Below, piece after piece: positions 26,780-36,032 of a DNA stretch of 64,000 nucleotides. Made by a program: the position numbers and the translations under genes. The notes below the pieces were generated by a model that was given only the letters and a program-made list of their open reading frames with translations, searched no databases and had not been told where the DNA came from. The stretch comes from Candidatus Latescibacterota bacterium. Lineage in GTDB: Bacteria > Latescibacterota > UBA2968 > GCA-2709665. Position 1 is the stretch's first letter; every line of letters starts with the position of its first letter. The DNA lies in contig OZ241917.1 in assembly GCA_965203805.1 (NCBI GenBank), forward strand, positions 2,624,001-2,688,000. The letters are read 5' to 3'.

Positions 26780-27943
26780 TCACCAATCCCGAAGCATGCC
26801 TTTGACTTTGTCAAGAACCTCTTGTGGCATCTCCTGTTCATTCGGAGAGTTCTGAATCGGTATGTAGTTTAGTGCCCATCCTATCGCTCTCATCTTAGCC
26901 TTAGCTTGGGCAAGTCTAAGTATAACAGAAGGCTCATTGGTTTCATTGTCCTCAGAAGGTTCGAGTTCGCGCCAACTTTCCTCAATTTCACCTTCGCTGA
27001 GATCGGGTAGCTGTTCGAAATGTTCCACGAGATCTTCGACTCGCGGAAACGTCTTCAACTGCTCTTGAAGATTCGATAGGTTCTCCTCGCCCAAAAAAGA
27101 TCGAAGATGTGCAAAATTGACAGGATCAAAAAAGATGCCTACCGGTCCTCCATATCCCCATTTCTTGTAGCCTTCGACAGGAAATATGCTCATCGGATAA
27201 ACTAAAACGTAAAGATAAACAAGCTGACGCAAGAGTATGTTCGCCCGAGATAGAAAGTAGAAAAAGGTATAAAATGATAATCTATCGTGACCCCCACTTA
27301 GTGTAACTACCGACTCCTCAATTTTAGGGCTATGATTGTAGGCACAGCTCACTTGGTAAAATTCAAGAAGAACCTTACGCAGACGAGAAACTCTTTCACT
27401 ATCCACATAGTCTCGAGTAGGTAAATTCTCGAACACATACTCAAGCATATTTCGGAATGGTGGTTTGGCCTTTTTTCCTTTTAACCATTGATAATATGGC
27501 TGATATTTACTCTTATCGGAACGTAAAGACCAATATAAATGTAGAATTGCCAATTCCATAAATGGCCGTAACAGAGTAAACGCAGCAAGAAGGTTTTTGT
27601 TCAAGAGACTCGCTCCGATTTCTCTGAGATATACCAAACTCTCACAATAACAATAATGTCGATTTGTTACCTGATCAGTTTCTCGGAATGTAATCTCAAG
27701 GATATCTTGAAATTGGGTGTATGCACTAAAACCCCGACTAAACTCGTTCAGATCTTTATCAATAGTCTCATGTTCTCTTGCTCCGTTGATAAGTTCAATC
27801 GCGAAGGGGTTGAGTTGGGATTCTGGGATATTTAAGACTTCGAATATTGCTTTCTCTCGTGGTTCGCCTTGGAAATAATCACCGATCCCTGTAAATACTA
27901 CGTCATTGTCGATGGCGAAATGGTTCAAGAGTTCCTCATTCAT
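26780..27943 (-). CDS. Hypothetical low-GC protein, possibly HEPN/DUF5677-like
   Basis: Long AT-rich ORF. LLRPFMELAILHLY and FYQVSCAYNHS resemble DUF5677/HEPN-like helical motifs. Confidence 0.6.
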   Translation of the reverse strand: MNEELLNHFAIDNDVVFTGIGDYFQGEPREKAIFEVLNIPESQLNPFAIELINGAREHETIDKDLNEFSRGFSAYTQFQDILEITFRETDQVTNRHYCYCESLVYLREIGASLLNKNLLAAFTLLRPFMELAILHLYWSLRSDKSKYQPYYQWLKGKKAKPPFRNMLEYVFENLPTRDYVDSERVSRLRKVLLEFYQVSCAYNHSPKIEESVVTLSGGHDRLSFYTFFYFLSRANILLRQLVYLYVLVYPMSIFPVEGYKKWGYGGPVGIFFDPVNFAHLRSFLGEENLSNLQEQLKTFPRVEDLVEHFEQLPDLSEGEIEESWRELEPSEDNETNEPSVILRLAQAKAKMRAIGWALNYIPIQNSPNEQEMPQEVLDKVKGMLRDW

Positions 27944-28035
27944 TCTTCTATTCCTCGAGATATATCCATTTAGGATATGGTGACGTTGAGATCCCGTCCG
28001 TCTGTTTCATTCCAAGATAACTACGGAAAAAGACA

Positions 28036-29391
28036 ATGACGAATCAAGAACACGTCAAATGGCTTAGGGAAGGCGTTGAAGCATGGAACAAGAGACGCGA
28101 GACAAGGAGGTTTATACCTCTCCTCTCCGGTGCTAATCTAAGAAGGGTTAACCTGAGCGGCGGCGATCTCTCCGGTGCCTACATGGGCGGTGCTGATCTG
28201 CTTGGCGCCGATTTGAGCGACGCGCACCTCACATTTGTCGATCTAAGCGACACTATCCTCGTGTCCGCCAATCTAAGTGGTGCCAACCTCGCATCTGCCG
28301 ACCTGAGCGGTGCAAACCTCATTAATGCGAATCTGAGTCGTGCTAACTTGCGTGGTGCCGATCTGAGCGGCGCTTTGCTAACACAAACGGAGCCGTGGAA
28401 AGCTAAACTATATATCACCGCCAAAGATAGCGGGACAATTCAAGGTACAACGGACGCAGCCGGCGACGACGAAAGGAAGAAAATCAAGAGCATTGAGAGT
28501 TTGTTACTCGAATGCCGCGATCTGCGAGACAGATACAGAGACGATATCCTATTCTATTTTCGAGGAGATAGTCGCACCTCAAGGGAATTGAGGCCCTCCG
28601 TAATGCGGCCTTCTCCAGCGGGTGAATTTCCCTTTCGTGCGTGCGAGGGAGAGATGCTGCTAGATCTCATGTCGCGTCAGCCAGAGGCATTTGGTGGTTT
28701 GACGCTGGCAATTGACCAATGGGTGCTTGCACAGCATCACGGACTCAAGACACGACTTCTAGACATCACGCGAAACCCACTCGTTGCACTGTTCAATGTC
28801 TGCAAAAAACACGACATACAACGCGGCTCTGACATGGAGGATGGGTGCTTGCATGTATTCGCGGTACCACGAGACATGGTTAAACCGTTTAATAGTGATA
28901 CGATTAGCATTGTCGCCAATTATTCTAAACTTCGGCGAAGCGAGCAGACTCATCTATTGGGTAAAGACTCTCTTGACCCGCAGGATAAATCCGTGTTTAC
29001 GAGATATGACCGAGTCTTGAGTCGCCTTTACAATTTTATACGGCATGAGAAACCGTCCTTCCAGGAGAAAATCGATCCGAGAGACCTGTTCCGTGTCTTT
29101 GTAGTTGAGCCTCAATGGTCATTCCAACGACTCCGGGCACAGTCTGGGGCTTTTCTCCTATCGGCCTTTCACGAAAGATTCGAGCGCGATGAAATCCTGA
29201 AGTGGAACACCGAAATACCAGTTTACGACCATTACACGTTGACGGTTTCGGGAGAGAGGAAGGGATATATCATGGATGAACTGCGTTTGTTGAATATCAC
29301 TCATGAGAGTCTCTTTCCCGGCCTTGATGAGGCTGCGAAGGCGGTCATACAACGCTATTCCAACGAGAGATCAACGAACAGTGAAGACTGA
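28036..29391 (+). CDS. Pentapeptide-repeat + FRG-domain protein
   Basis: A(D/N)LSG pentapeptides at about aa 30-115. [39 protein letters not shown] and C-terminal [13 protein letters not shown]. Confidence 0.9.
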   Translation: MTNQEHVKWLREGVEAWNKRRETRRFIPLLSGANLRRVNLSGGDLSGAYMGGADLLGADLSDAHLTFVDLSDTILVSANLSGANLASADLSGANLINANLSRANLRGADLSGALLTQTEPWKAKLYITAKDSGTIQGTTDAAGDDERKKIKSIESLLLECRDLRDRYRDDILFYFRGDSRTSRELRPSVMRPSPAGEFPFRACEGEMLLDLMSRQPEAFGGLTLAIDQWVLAQHHGLKTRLLDITRNPLVALFNVCKKHDIQRGSDMEDGCLHVFAVPRDMVKPFNSDTISIVANYSKLRRSEQTHLLGKDSLDPQDKSVFTRYDRVLSRLYNFIRHEKPSFQEKIDPRDLFRVFVVEPQWSFQRLRAQSGAFLLSAFHERFERDEILKWNTEIPVYDHYTLTVSGERKGYIMDELRLLNITHESLFPGLDEAAKAVIQRYSNERSTNSED

Positions 29392-29852
29392 TACTTCGCA
29401 CGAGTTCAATCAGGAAATTACCGGTTGGTTCATTCATCGCAAATGGCTGGAGGCAATACGACATGCACGGCAGCGTGTTGAAAGGGTTCAAGATCGCCGG
29501 TATTAGGATTACCGGGTCAGAACTGACGTCGGCTTTTAAGTCGGAGTCTAAGGACTGCGATTATTGCATGAAGCGTGGTGGTTCGGGGCTCAGCTTAGCG
29601 TGAAACCTTAGTTCTGCGCATCGTGAAAGGAAAATGTCCTCTTATCGAATTACCCAACGGAATTTCGAGGCTTCCCTTGCCAGAGCAGTTCGATCGGATT
29701 TCGAGTTGTTCGATCATTTTAGTTCCGCGCTAATCTACCTCTGTGGTAGTGTCGGCAAAGCGCTTTATAACTACGGCAATTTCGGTGAAGGTGATGTTGA
29801 CCACGCCCAACTGACATCGGCTTCGTGTGAGAACCGGCGACCGTCCCCATAG

Positions 29853-29884
29853 AAGAAGGCACCCGCTTTCGCAGGTGCCTTCTT
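29853..29884 (-). terminator. Terminator downstream of tRNA-Leu
   Basis: AAGAAGGCACC / GGTGCCTTCTT stem immediately 3' of the tRNA. Confidence 0.7.
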
Positions 29885-29890
29885 TCGTTC

Positions 29891-29977
<87 letters not shown>

Positions 29978-30129
29978 GTCGTTGGACCCGGGACCGACAA
30001 ATATCCCCATCGACGCTCAAGCTGTCAAGAGGAAACCGGCAACTTTACGCGCAGCAGGAGAACCTTCGTCAGACTGACGGCCTCCTCTGCATGACAGTTC
30101 AGGAGCACCCGTGACGGCAGCGCCGAACG

Positions 30130-30768
30130 CTACGGCCTTCGATCCGCCACGGGAGGCCCGAGAATCTCATGGTAGATGATCGCCTTGCGGACCGTTTGCG
30201 GCTTGAAATCGAGCCGGATCCTGCGACGGCGGGCTCGGCGGCGAGGCGCCAGAGCCGGCGGCAGGTCCTCCAGCAAGTCGTCCGCCCCGTTTTCCGCCGC
30301 GGCTTCAGACCCGTCGCGAGGCCGTTCAGCCGGCGGACCTCCGCTTTCGGCTCCGCGGGGGCGCCCATCGTCGGGGCGGTCGAAATCCACCTCCCTGAAT
30401 TCGACCCCTTCGTACTCCTCACTCACCGGCCGCGTGCCCCGGACTTCCCGAAACTCGATTCCGCCACGGGGCTCGTCCACGGGGCGAGCGCCCCGAATCT
30501 CCCGGAACTCCTCTCCCGTCGGCGCTTCGCTCACCGGCCGCGTGCCCCTGACCTCTCTGAACTCCCGCCCCGCGGGCGGCTGCCCAAAGGGTTGCTGTTC
30601 CGGAAAGACGTCATCCTCGGAAGGGTCGACGTCCGGCCCGCCCAACGGGGGCAGATCCAGGTCCTCATCCTCCAGTTCCCGGCGCCGCCGGGATTCCAGG
30701 ACCTTGTTGATCAGAGAGGAAATCAAGCCCGTTACGATCAGCAGGAGTATGGTGAATTCGAAACTCAT
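30130..30768 (-). CDS. YqfB-like membrane-anchored protein with 18-aa tandem repeats
   Basis: N-terminal TM, C-terminal VRKAIIYHEILGPP motif typical of floA-downstream genes, internal xEFRE(V/I)RG(T/A)RPV repeats. Confidence 0.7.
   Translation of the reverse strand: MSFEFTILLLIVTGLISSLINKVLESRRRRELEDEDLDLPPLGGPDVDPSEDDVFPEQQPFGQPPAGREFREVRGTRPVSEAPTGEEFREIRGARPVDEPRGGIEFREVRGTRPVSEEYEGVEFREVDFDRPDDGRPRGAESGGPPAERPRDGSEAAAENGADDLLEDLPPALAPRRRARRRRIRLDFKPQTVRKAIIYHEILGPPVADRRP
30388..30567 (-). repeat. 54-bp (18-aa) coding tandem repeat, about 3.3 units
   Basis: REFREVRGTRPVSEAPTG / EEFREIRGARPVDEPRGG / IEFREVRGTRPVSEEYEG / VEFREV. Confidence 0.85.
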
Positions 30769-30771
30769 GCC

Positions 30772-31770
30772 TTACGACTCACTCCTGTCCGTATCATTCT
30801 CCGCACCCTCCTGGGTGTCGGCGATCCCCTCACGCATCGAGGTATCGGCCTGGATATTCTGCATGCGGTAATAGTCCATCACGCCCAGATTGCCGCTGCG
30901 GAACGCCTCGGCCATCGCGCGCGGCACCTCGGCCTCGGCCTCCACGACGCGCGCCCGCATCTCCACGACCCTCGCGCTCATCTCCTGCTCGTGCGCGACC
31001 GCCATCGCCCGCCGTTCTTCCGCTTTGGCCCGCGCAATCTTAAGGTCGGCCTCGGCCTGGTCCGTCTGAAGTTTCGCCCCGATATTGTCGCCCACGTCCA
31101 CGTCCGCGATATCGATCGACAGGATCTCGTACGCCGTGCCCGAATCCAGCCCCTTCCCCAACACGGTTTTCGAGATCAGGTCCGGATTCTCCAAAACGGC
31201 CTTGTGCGTTTCCGAAGATCCGATCGTCGTCACGATCCCTTCGCCGACGCGCGCGACGATCGTTTCTTCACCGGCCCCGCCCACGAGCCGGTCGATGTTG
31301 GCGCGCACCGTCACCCGGGACGTGGCCTTGACCTGGATGCCGTCCTTCGCCACGGCCGTGACCATGGGCGTGGAAATCACTTTGGGATTGACGCTGACCT
31401 GGACGGCCTCCAGCACGTTTCGGCCTGCCAGGTCGATGGCCGCCGCCCGCTCCGTGGTGAGATTGATCCCGGCTTTGTCAGCCGCAATAAGGGCCGTTAC
31501 CACGTTCTCCACGTGTCCTCCGGCCAGGTAATGCGCTTCCAGGAAGGAGGTCGGAATCGCCAGGCCCGCCTTGGTGGCGCTGATCTGCGACCCCAGGATG
31601 ATTCGCGGGGGAACGCGCCGCAGGCGCATCCCCACCAGTTCCCCGATGCCGATTCGGACGCGGGCCGCAAGGGCCGAGATCCAGAGCCCGACCGGGATGA
31701 AATAGAAGAATAGGAACAGCGCAACGACGACGGCGACAACAATGACCAGAAGTAAAGCTGCATCGACCAT
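30772..31770 (-). CDS. floA: Flotillin-like protein FloA (YqfA)
   Basis: [45 protein letters not shown]...[22 protein letters not shown]. Confidence 0.95.
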   Translation of the reverse strand: MVDAALLLVIVVAVVVALFLFFYFIPVGLWISALAARVRIGIGELVGMRLRRVPPRIILGSQISATKAGLAIPTSFLEAHYLAGGHVENVVTALIAADKAGINLTTERAAAIDLAGRNVLEAVQVSVNPKVISTPMVTAVAKDGIQVKATSRVTVRANIDRLVGGAGEETIVARVGEGIVTTIGSSETHKAVLENPDLISKTVLGKGLDSGTAYEILSIDIADVDVGDNIGAKLQTDQAEADLKIARAKAEERRAMAVAHEQEMSARVVEMRARVVEAEAEVPRAMAEAFRSGNLGVMDYYRMQNIQADTSMREGIADTQEGAENDTDRSES

Positions 31771-31819
31771 GATACGACTCCTTGTATCTGCGAACGATCG
31801 GACTCAACTGGCGACGTCT

Positions 31820-32128
31820 CTACCGGGCATCCTCGGTTTTTCGAACCACAACCCGGTTGCCTTCGACCTCGACGACCTTGATCCGGCAATCCCTTTCGAT
31901 GAACTCCCCGTCGGCAGCCACGTTGACGCGACGCCCGTCGATCAGACCCATACCGGATGGTCGCAGGGGCGTGGCGGCCACACCCTCCTTGCCAAGAAGC
32001 GGTTCATGTGTTCCCGTGGCGATGTAACCGGCCTCAGCCCTTTCTTCGGCGTGGAGAACAAGCCATTTCCACAGCGGAACCGCAAGGGCGACGATAAGGA
32101 CGAATAAAATCGCAATTCCTTCGACCAT
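31820..32128 (-). CDS. Short NfeD (TM + OB-fold), paralog of the upstream NfeD C-terminus
   Basis: One TM helix, then GKEGVAATPLRPSG...GEFI.....VVEVEGNRVVV. ATG at 32128. Confidence 0.8.
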   Translation of the reverse strand: MVEGIAILFVLIVALAVPLWKWLVLHAEERAEAGYIATGTHEPLLGKEGVAATPLRPSGMGLIDGRRVNVAADGEFIERDCRIKVVEVEGNRVVVRKTEDAR

Positions 32129-32225
32129 ACCACGTCTCCGGTCCAACTCCGGTCGAGGGAGCCGGATCTCCCAATTCCCGTCCGCTGCTAACCTTGATTC
32201 GTCATTATTCGGGGACGTTAAAAGG

Positions 32226-33569
32226 CTAACCCGTCTCCTCGGATTTGCGGACGACAATCCGGTTGCCCTCAACCTCCACCACCGTGATCCGGCTGTCCCT
32301 GTCGATGAACTCGCCGTCCGCCGCGACATTGACGCGCCGCCCGTCGATCAGACCCGTGCCCGAGGGGCGCAGCGGCGTAAAGGCCACCCCCTCTTTGCCA
32401 AGTAGCGCTTCATGTTTTCCCGTGGCAATGTAACCCGCGTCGCTGCGTTCTTCTTCCTGAAGCACCAGCCACTTCCACGCGGACGTGCGCGGCAGCATTT
32501 TCAACATCACACCGGCGATCAGAACCGTCGTCAAAAACGCCAGTAATAACGGCCGGGCGCCGATTCCGACGGACTCCCACGTCCACAGCTCGGGTCGTCC
32601 CATCAGACTCAGGAAGAGACCTGCAATCATCAGAATGACGCCGGGAACGGCCAGCACTCCGAATCCGACGATGAAAAACAGGTCGGCGATCACCAGAATC
32701 ACGCCGCCCAAAAAGAGAAGTACTTCCGTCCAGTCCGCCAGCTGCACCAACAGATGGCTGCCGAAAAACAGACCGAGGCAGATCAGGCCGATCGTGCCGC
32801 CGACGCCCCAACCCGGGCTCTGGATCTCAAAGATCAGTCCCAGAAAGCCGAGTGACATCAGCAACGACGCCACAATCGGATGGGTGAGCCAGCGCACGAC
32901 CTGCTCCGACCAGTTCACCGACTGGCGGGTTATCCGCGCCCCGTCCAGTTCGTAGTGCGCCAGTACCGCCTGGAGTTTATCGCCGTCGCCCGTTGCCGTA
33001 ATCATGGTTTCCGCGATCTTCGTCGCAACCGCCTCGGTCGAGGTGAGCGTCAGCAGCTTACCTTTCGGCGCGAGATCCGCTATATCCACGTCTTCGTCGA
33101 CCATCGCCTCCGCGAGTTTGGGAGGGCGGCCCGTCTTCTCGGCGGTCGCCTTCATCTCGTTGCGGAAATAGGAGATCACCTTTTCGCTGGCTTTTTTGCC
33201 CTGCATGTCCACGGCCGTGGCCGCGCCGATCGTCCCCCCTTCCACCATGACGATATGCCGGGTGGCCAGTGAAATCAGGGCGCCGGCAGAAATCGCGCGG
33301 GGGTTGATAAAGGCAATCGTCTTCACGTCGCTGTAAAGGATCGCGTCCCGGATGACAAGGGCCGCGTCCAGCGCGCCGCCGGGGGTGTCGATTTCGAAGA
33401 TCACCGCCGACACATCCTCTGCTTCGGCTTCTTCCATGACCCGCGAGATGAAGGCGGCCAATCCCCCTTCGATGGTACCCTCGATGGGCACGACGTAGAC
33501 CGAGCCTTCCGCCCGGCAAAGGGCCGGCAAAAGCAGGACGAGCGCCAGAGCCGGAAGATAAACGCGCAT
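32226..33569 (-). CDS. nfeD: NfeD (YqeZ-like) membrane serine protease
   Basis: Signal peptide, ClpP-like IDTPGG and AISAGALI, GKLLTLT, TM bundle, C-terminal OB fold. ATG at 33569. Confidence 0.9.
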   Translation of the reverse strand: MRVYLPALALVLLLPALCRAEGSVYVVPIEGTIEGGLAAFISRVMEEAEAEDVSAVIFEIDTPGGALDAALVIRDAILYSDVKTIAFINPRAISAGALISLATRHIVMVEGGTIGAATAVDMQGKKASEKVISYFRNEMKATAEKTGRPPKLAEAMVDEDVDIADLAPKGKLLTLTSTEAVATKIAETMITATGDGDKLQAVLAHYELDGARITRQSVNWSEQVVRWLTHPIVASLLMSLGFLGLIFEIQSPGWGVGGTIGLICLGLFFGSHLLVQLADWTEVLLFLGGVILVIADLFFIVGFGVLAVPGVILMIAGLFLSLMGRPELWTWESVGIGARPLLLAFLTTVLIAGVMLKMLPRTSAWKWLVLQEEERSDAGYIATGKHEALLGKEGVAFTPLRPSGTGLIDGRRVNVAADGEFIDRDSRITVVEVEGNRIVVRKSEETG

Positions 33570-33621
33570 GTCGGAGAACTCCCACGGTTTTCGGGAATAA
33601 TGAGGCATTAACCCCGGTATG

Positions 33622-33650
33622 AGTGTACCGTATTCACCCGGGTTTGTCAA
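33622..33650 (-). promoter_or_regulatory. Sigma70-like promoter for the nfeD-floA operon
   Basis: Minus strand TTGACA-N17-TACACT. Confidence 0.55.
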
Positions 33651-33706
33651 TGGCTTTCAGGCCAACCGCGGAGGCGCCGGAACCGCGTTCGATGTCGCTT
33701 TCCGGC

Positions 33707-33735
33707 TTGACATCAATGCCGCATGCTTGTATTTT
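33707..33735 (+). promoter_or_regulatory. Sigma70-like promoter for tRNA-Met
   Basis: TTGACA-N17-TATTTT, 18 bp upstream of the tRNA. Confidence 0.65.
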
Positions 33736-33753
33736 TAACCCGAGAGTACCGGT

Positions 33754-33829
33754 GGCGGCGTAGCTCAGTTGGCAGAGCAGTGGAATCATAATCCATGGGT
33801 CGGGGGTTCAAGTCCCTCCGCCGCTACCA
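33754..33829 (+). tRNA. tRNA-Met (CAT), elongator-type
   Basis: GGCGGCGTAGCTCAGTTGGCAGAGCA, GTGGA-ATCATAA-TCCAT anticodon arm, GGTTCAAGTCC, ACCA end; 76 nt. Lacks the initiator GGG/CCC anticodon stem. Confidence 0.93.
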
Positions 33830-33845
33830 CATTGAAATGCCAGTG

Positions 33846-33887
33846 ATAGAAACGGCGTTTGCGTTGAGGCGCAAACGCCGTTTCTAT
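33846..33887. terminator. Bidirectional terminator
   Basis: 18-bp stem ATAGAAACGGCGTTTGCG / CGCAAACGCCGTTTCTAT between the tRNA and the convergent gene. Confidence 0.8.
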
Positions 33888-34939
33888 TTAGCGTTGACTT
33901 CGTGTTGTAAAAAGGGATGGGAGCAGGGATACCCCTCCGTTGCCCACATGGTCCGCTTGCCGGGACAAATGATGATCCCGCTGTCCGTATGCAGACCGGC
34001 CTGTCCGTGCTGGCAGATCCCAACGGGATCGTCGTGCGTCCGGTACATCCGCGTCAATCCCTCGAAGCTCCTCTCGACGCCTTTCTCCATCTCTCGCAGC
34101 AATGAGATTCGCGCGTGGCTGTTGTCCAGGTACGGCGACGCCGGATCGTCCTTTCCGACCAGCTCCTTTCCGAGACAATGGTTGGTCTCCCACACCGCGG
34201 CTTCGGGGCCGGACGGGCGCCTGACGGTCTGTCCGGCGACGTGTTTTTCCAGAATCGCCACGTCCCCGGTCGCGTCGCCCATCAGCACGCTCATCCCGTG
34301 CATCGGCACCTCGAACCGGGCGCACAGTGCTGCAGCATCCTCAACCGTGCGGCACTGATCCGCCAGCAGCGGCAGCAGGAACAGCACGGGAACGCCCCCC
34401 TGACGGCGTTCGCATCCGGTCAGCCCCGTCATGCCGAACCCGAACCCGGCCTCGTTGACCGCCGCGGACGTCCAGATGGTGCCGACAAAGTGCATCTGGA
34501 CCGACCGCAGTTTGCCCGCGGGCGCCGCGTGATGGACCGCGTTGGATCCCAATTCTCTCTTACCGAGGTCGTCGGACTTCCCCAGCCAAACGTCGCCGGA
34601 CCGGTCGGCAAATCCGAAGACGGTGCACGCGGGCGTTGCGGACTCCTCCAGGTCGAAGACAAGATTGAGCTCGAACACGTCTTCGAACGGCAGCCCGGCG
34701 CCCACTGCAATTCCCTCTATTTCCCGGACCATTTCGGGAAACAACCGCCCGATCCGTTCCGTCCACAGTTCCACCTTCCGCTTCCGCGCATCCGGCTCAA
34801 GCCCCGGGCGCCAGCCGCCTTCCCCGTCGGCAAAGTCCTCCCTGTACCGATCGATCAGTCCCGCGATGCGATCCGACGCGGCGCGGCCGTGGGCGATCCC
34901 CCTCGCGTGGGAGTCGCCTTCGGTCCGGAGATAGAACAT
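33884..34939 (-). CDS. Peptidase C45 (Ntn-hydrolase, acyl-CoA:6-APA acyltransferase family)
   Basis: RG..HG, EIEGIA.GAG, nucleophile ACTVFG, VNEAG, TNH, ICQH. Confidence 0.8.
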   Translation of the reverse strand: MFYLRTEGDSHARGIAHGRAASDRIAGLIDRYREDFADGEGGWRPGLEPDARKRKVELWTERIGRLFPEMVREIEGIAVGAGLPFEDVFELNLVFDLEESATPACTVFGFADRSGDVWLGKSDDLGKRELGSNAVHHAAPAGKLRSVQMHFVGTIWTSAAVNEAGFGFGMTGLTGCERRQGGVPVLFLLPLLADQCRTVEDAAALCARFEVPMHGMSVLMGDATGDVAILEKHVAGQTVRRPSGPEAAVWETNHCLGKELVGKDDPASPYLDNSHARISLLREMEKGVERSFEGLTRMYRTHDDPVGICQHGQAGLHTDSGIIICPGKRTMWATEGYPCSHPFLQHEVNAK

Positions 34940-34987
34940 AATCACCCCGTTACCTGTACAAATATACCTGCAACCGACGGGTATCTC

Positions 34988-35860
34988 TTATTTCCCCATC
35001 GCCCGCGCCATCGCGCGAACGTGTTCCGGACCGGCGCCGCAGCAGGATCCCAGGTAGCGGATATCCGCCGCCGCCGCGTCCCTCGCGAACCGGGCGAACT
35101 GCGCCGCCGTGGCAGCGGGACCCTTCCACCACGAATGCCAGGCCGATGGCTGACAACAGACAGGCACGTCCACCGCCCGCCGCATCTGAGCCGCAAAACC
35201 GAGCATCGACGATGGCGGGCAGATGCAATTCAATCCCACCACGTCGGCGCCGGCATCCGCCAGTTGCCTGGCGCATTCCGCCGGCGAAAACCCGTCGAAC
35301 GTCTCCGCGTTTCCCCTTCCCTCCATGCTCACCGTAACCACCAGCGGGAGACCCGATCCTCTGGCCAGATCCAGCGCCAGGAGCGCCTCGTCCAGCCACG
35401 AGAACGTCTCCAGGATCAGGAAATCGACGCCACCGTCGCAGATCCAGGGAAGCTGCTCGTCCAGCCACGCGCGCGTCCGGTCCCGCTTCGCGGCATCGGA
35501 GGGATCGTAATCCATCAGTGAAATAGTCGGGCTGTTCAGATTGCCCGCGACCAGCGCCTCGTCGCCCGCCACTTCCCTGGCGATCCGGCAGGCCGTGGCA
35601 TTGATTTCCTTCGCGCGGTCCCCGAAACCCGCCGGCTTCAGCATGTTTGACGTGCCGAAAAACGTGAGCGTCTGCAGGACGTCGGCCCCGGCGTCCTTGA
35701 ACTCCTGGGTCAACCTGCGCACCTCCTCGGGGTGGGTCGCCACCACCTGCGGCGTCATGGCGCCCATGCGCACAAACCCCCGGAGGCGCAGCCCCATCAG
35801 GTAGCCGCCGTCCCCCAGCACGAATCCCTTTTCCAGCCGCTGCATCAGCCCTTCAGCCAT
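34988..35860 (-). CDS. Homocysteine S-methyltransferase family (BHMT/MmuM-like)
   Basis: VLGDGG, EF.DAGADVLQT.TF, LILETF, VVGLNC and YLGSCCG Zn ligands. ATG at 35860. Confidence 0.88.
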   Translation of the reverse strand: MAEGLMQRLEKGFVLGDGGYLMGLRLRGFVRMGAMTPQVVATHPEEVRRLTQEFKDAGADVLQTLTFFGTSNMLKPAGFGDRAKEINATACRIAREVAGDEALVAGNLNSPTISLMDYDPSDAAKRDRTRAWLDEQLPWICDGGVDFLILETFSWLDEALLALDLARGSGLPLVVTVSMEGRGNAETFDGFSPAECARQLADAGADVVGLNCICPPSSMLGFAAQMRRAVDVPVCCQPSAWHSWWKGPAATAAQFARFARDAAAADIRYLGSCCGAGPEHVRAMARAMGK

Positions 35861-36032
35861 TGGCCGGGACACCTTTCGGAAATCACAAATTAGAACAATT
35901 GTCGGGTTTATCGAAGCCGGTAGAGGGTAGACGTTAGACGGGAGAGATTGCCTGCCCCGTGCGGTTTCATCCTGTGCCGGAGGCAAAAAGGTTGAACCAA
36001 TCGTGCGAGGATATCATCTACCGTCTTGCGTC

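Noticed and set aside
28130-28380. 15-bp periodicity resembling a repeat array or CRISPR
   Set aside because: It is coding pentapeptide repeats. No constant repeat with unique spacers and no cas genes were seen anywhere in the window.
29500-29625. Integron attC-like site
   Set aside because: Only vague similarity; paired RYYYAAC/GTTRRRY cores could not be identified and there is no intI.
25240-29890. Intact integrative element or prophage at tRNA-Leu
   Set aside because: No integrase or phage genes, and I could not see a duplicated tRNA 3' end (att site) by eye.
30169-31713. Long opposite-strand ORFs (for example 30169-31713, 34115-35521, 42229-43905, 44134-45588)
   Set aside because: Shadow ORFs typical of GC-rich genes; they overlap well-supported genes and have no recognisable motifs.
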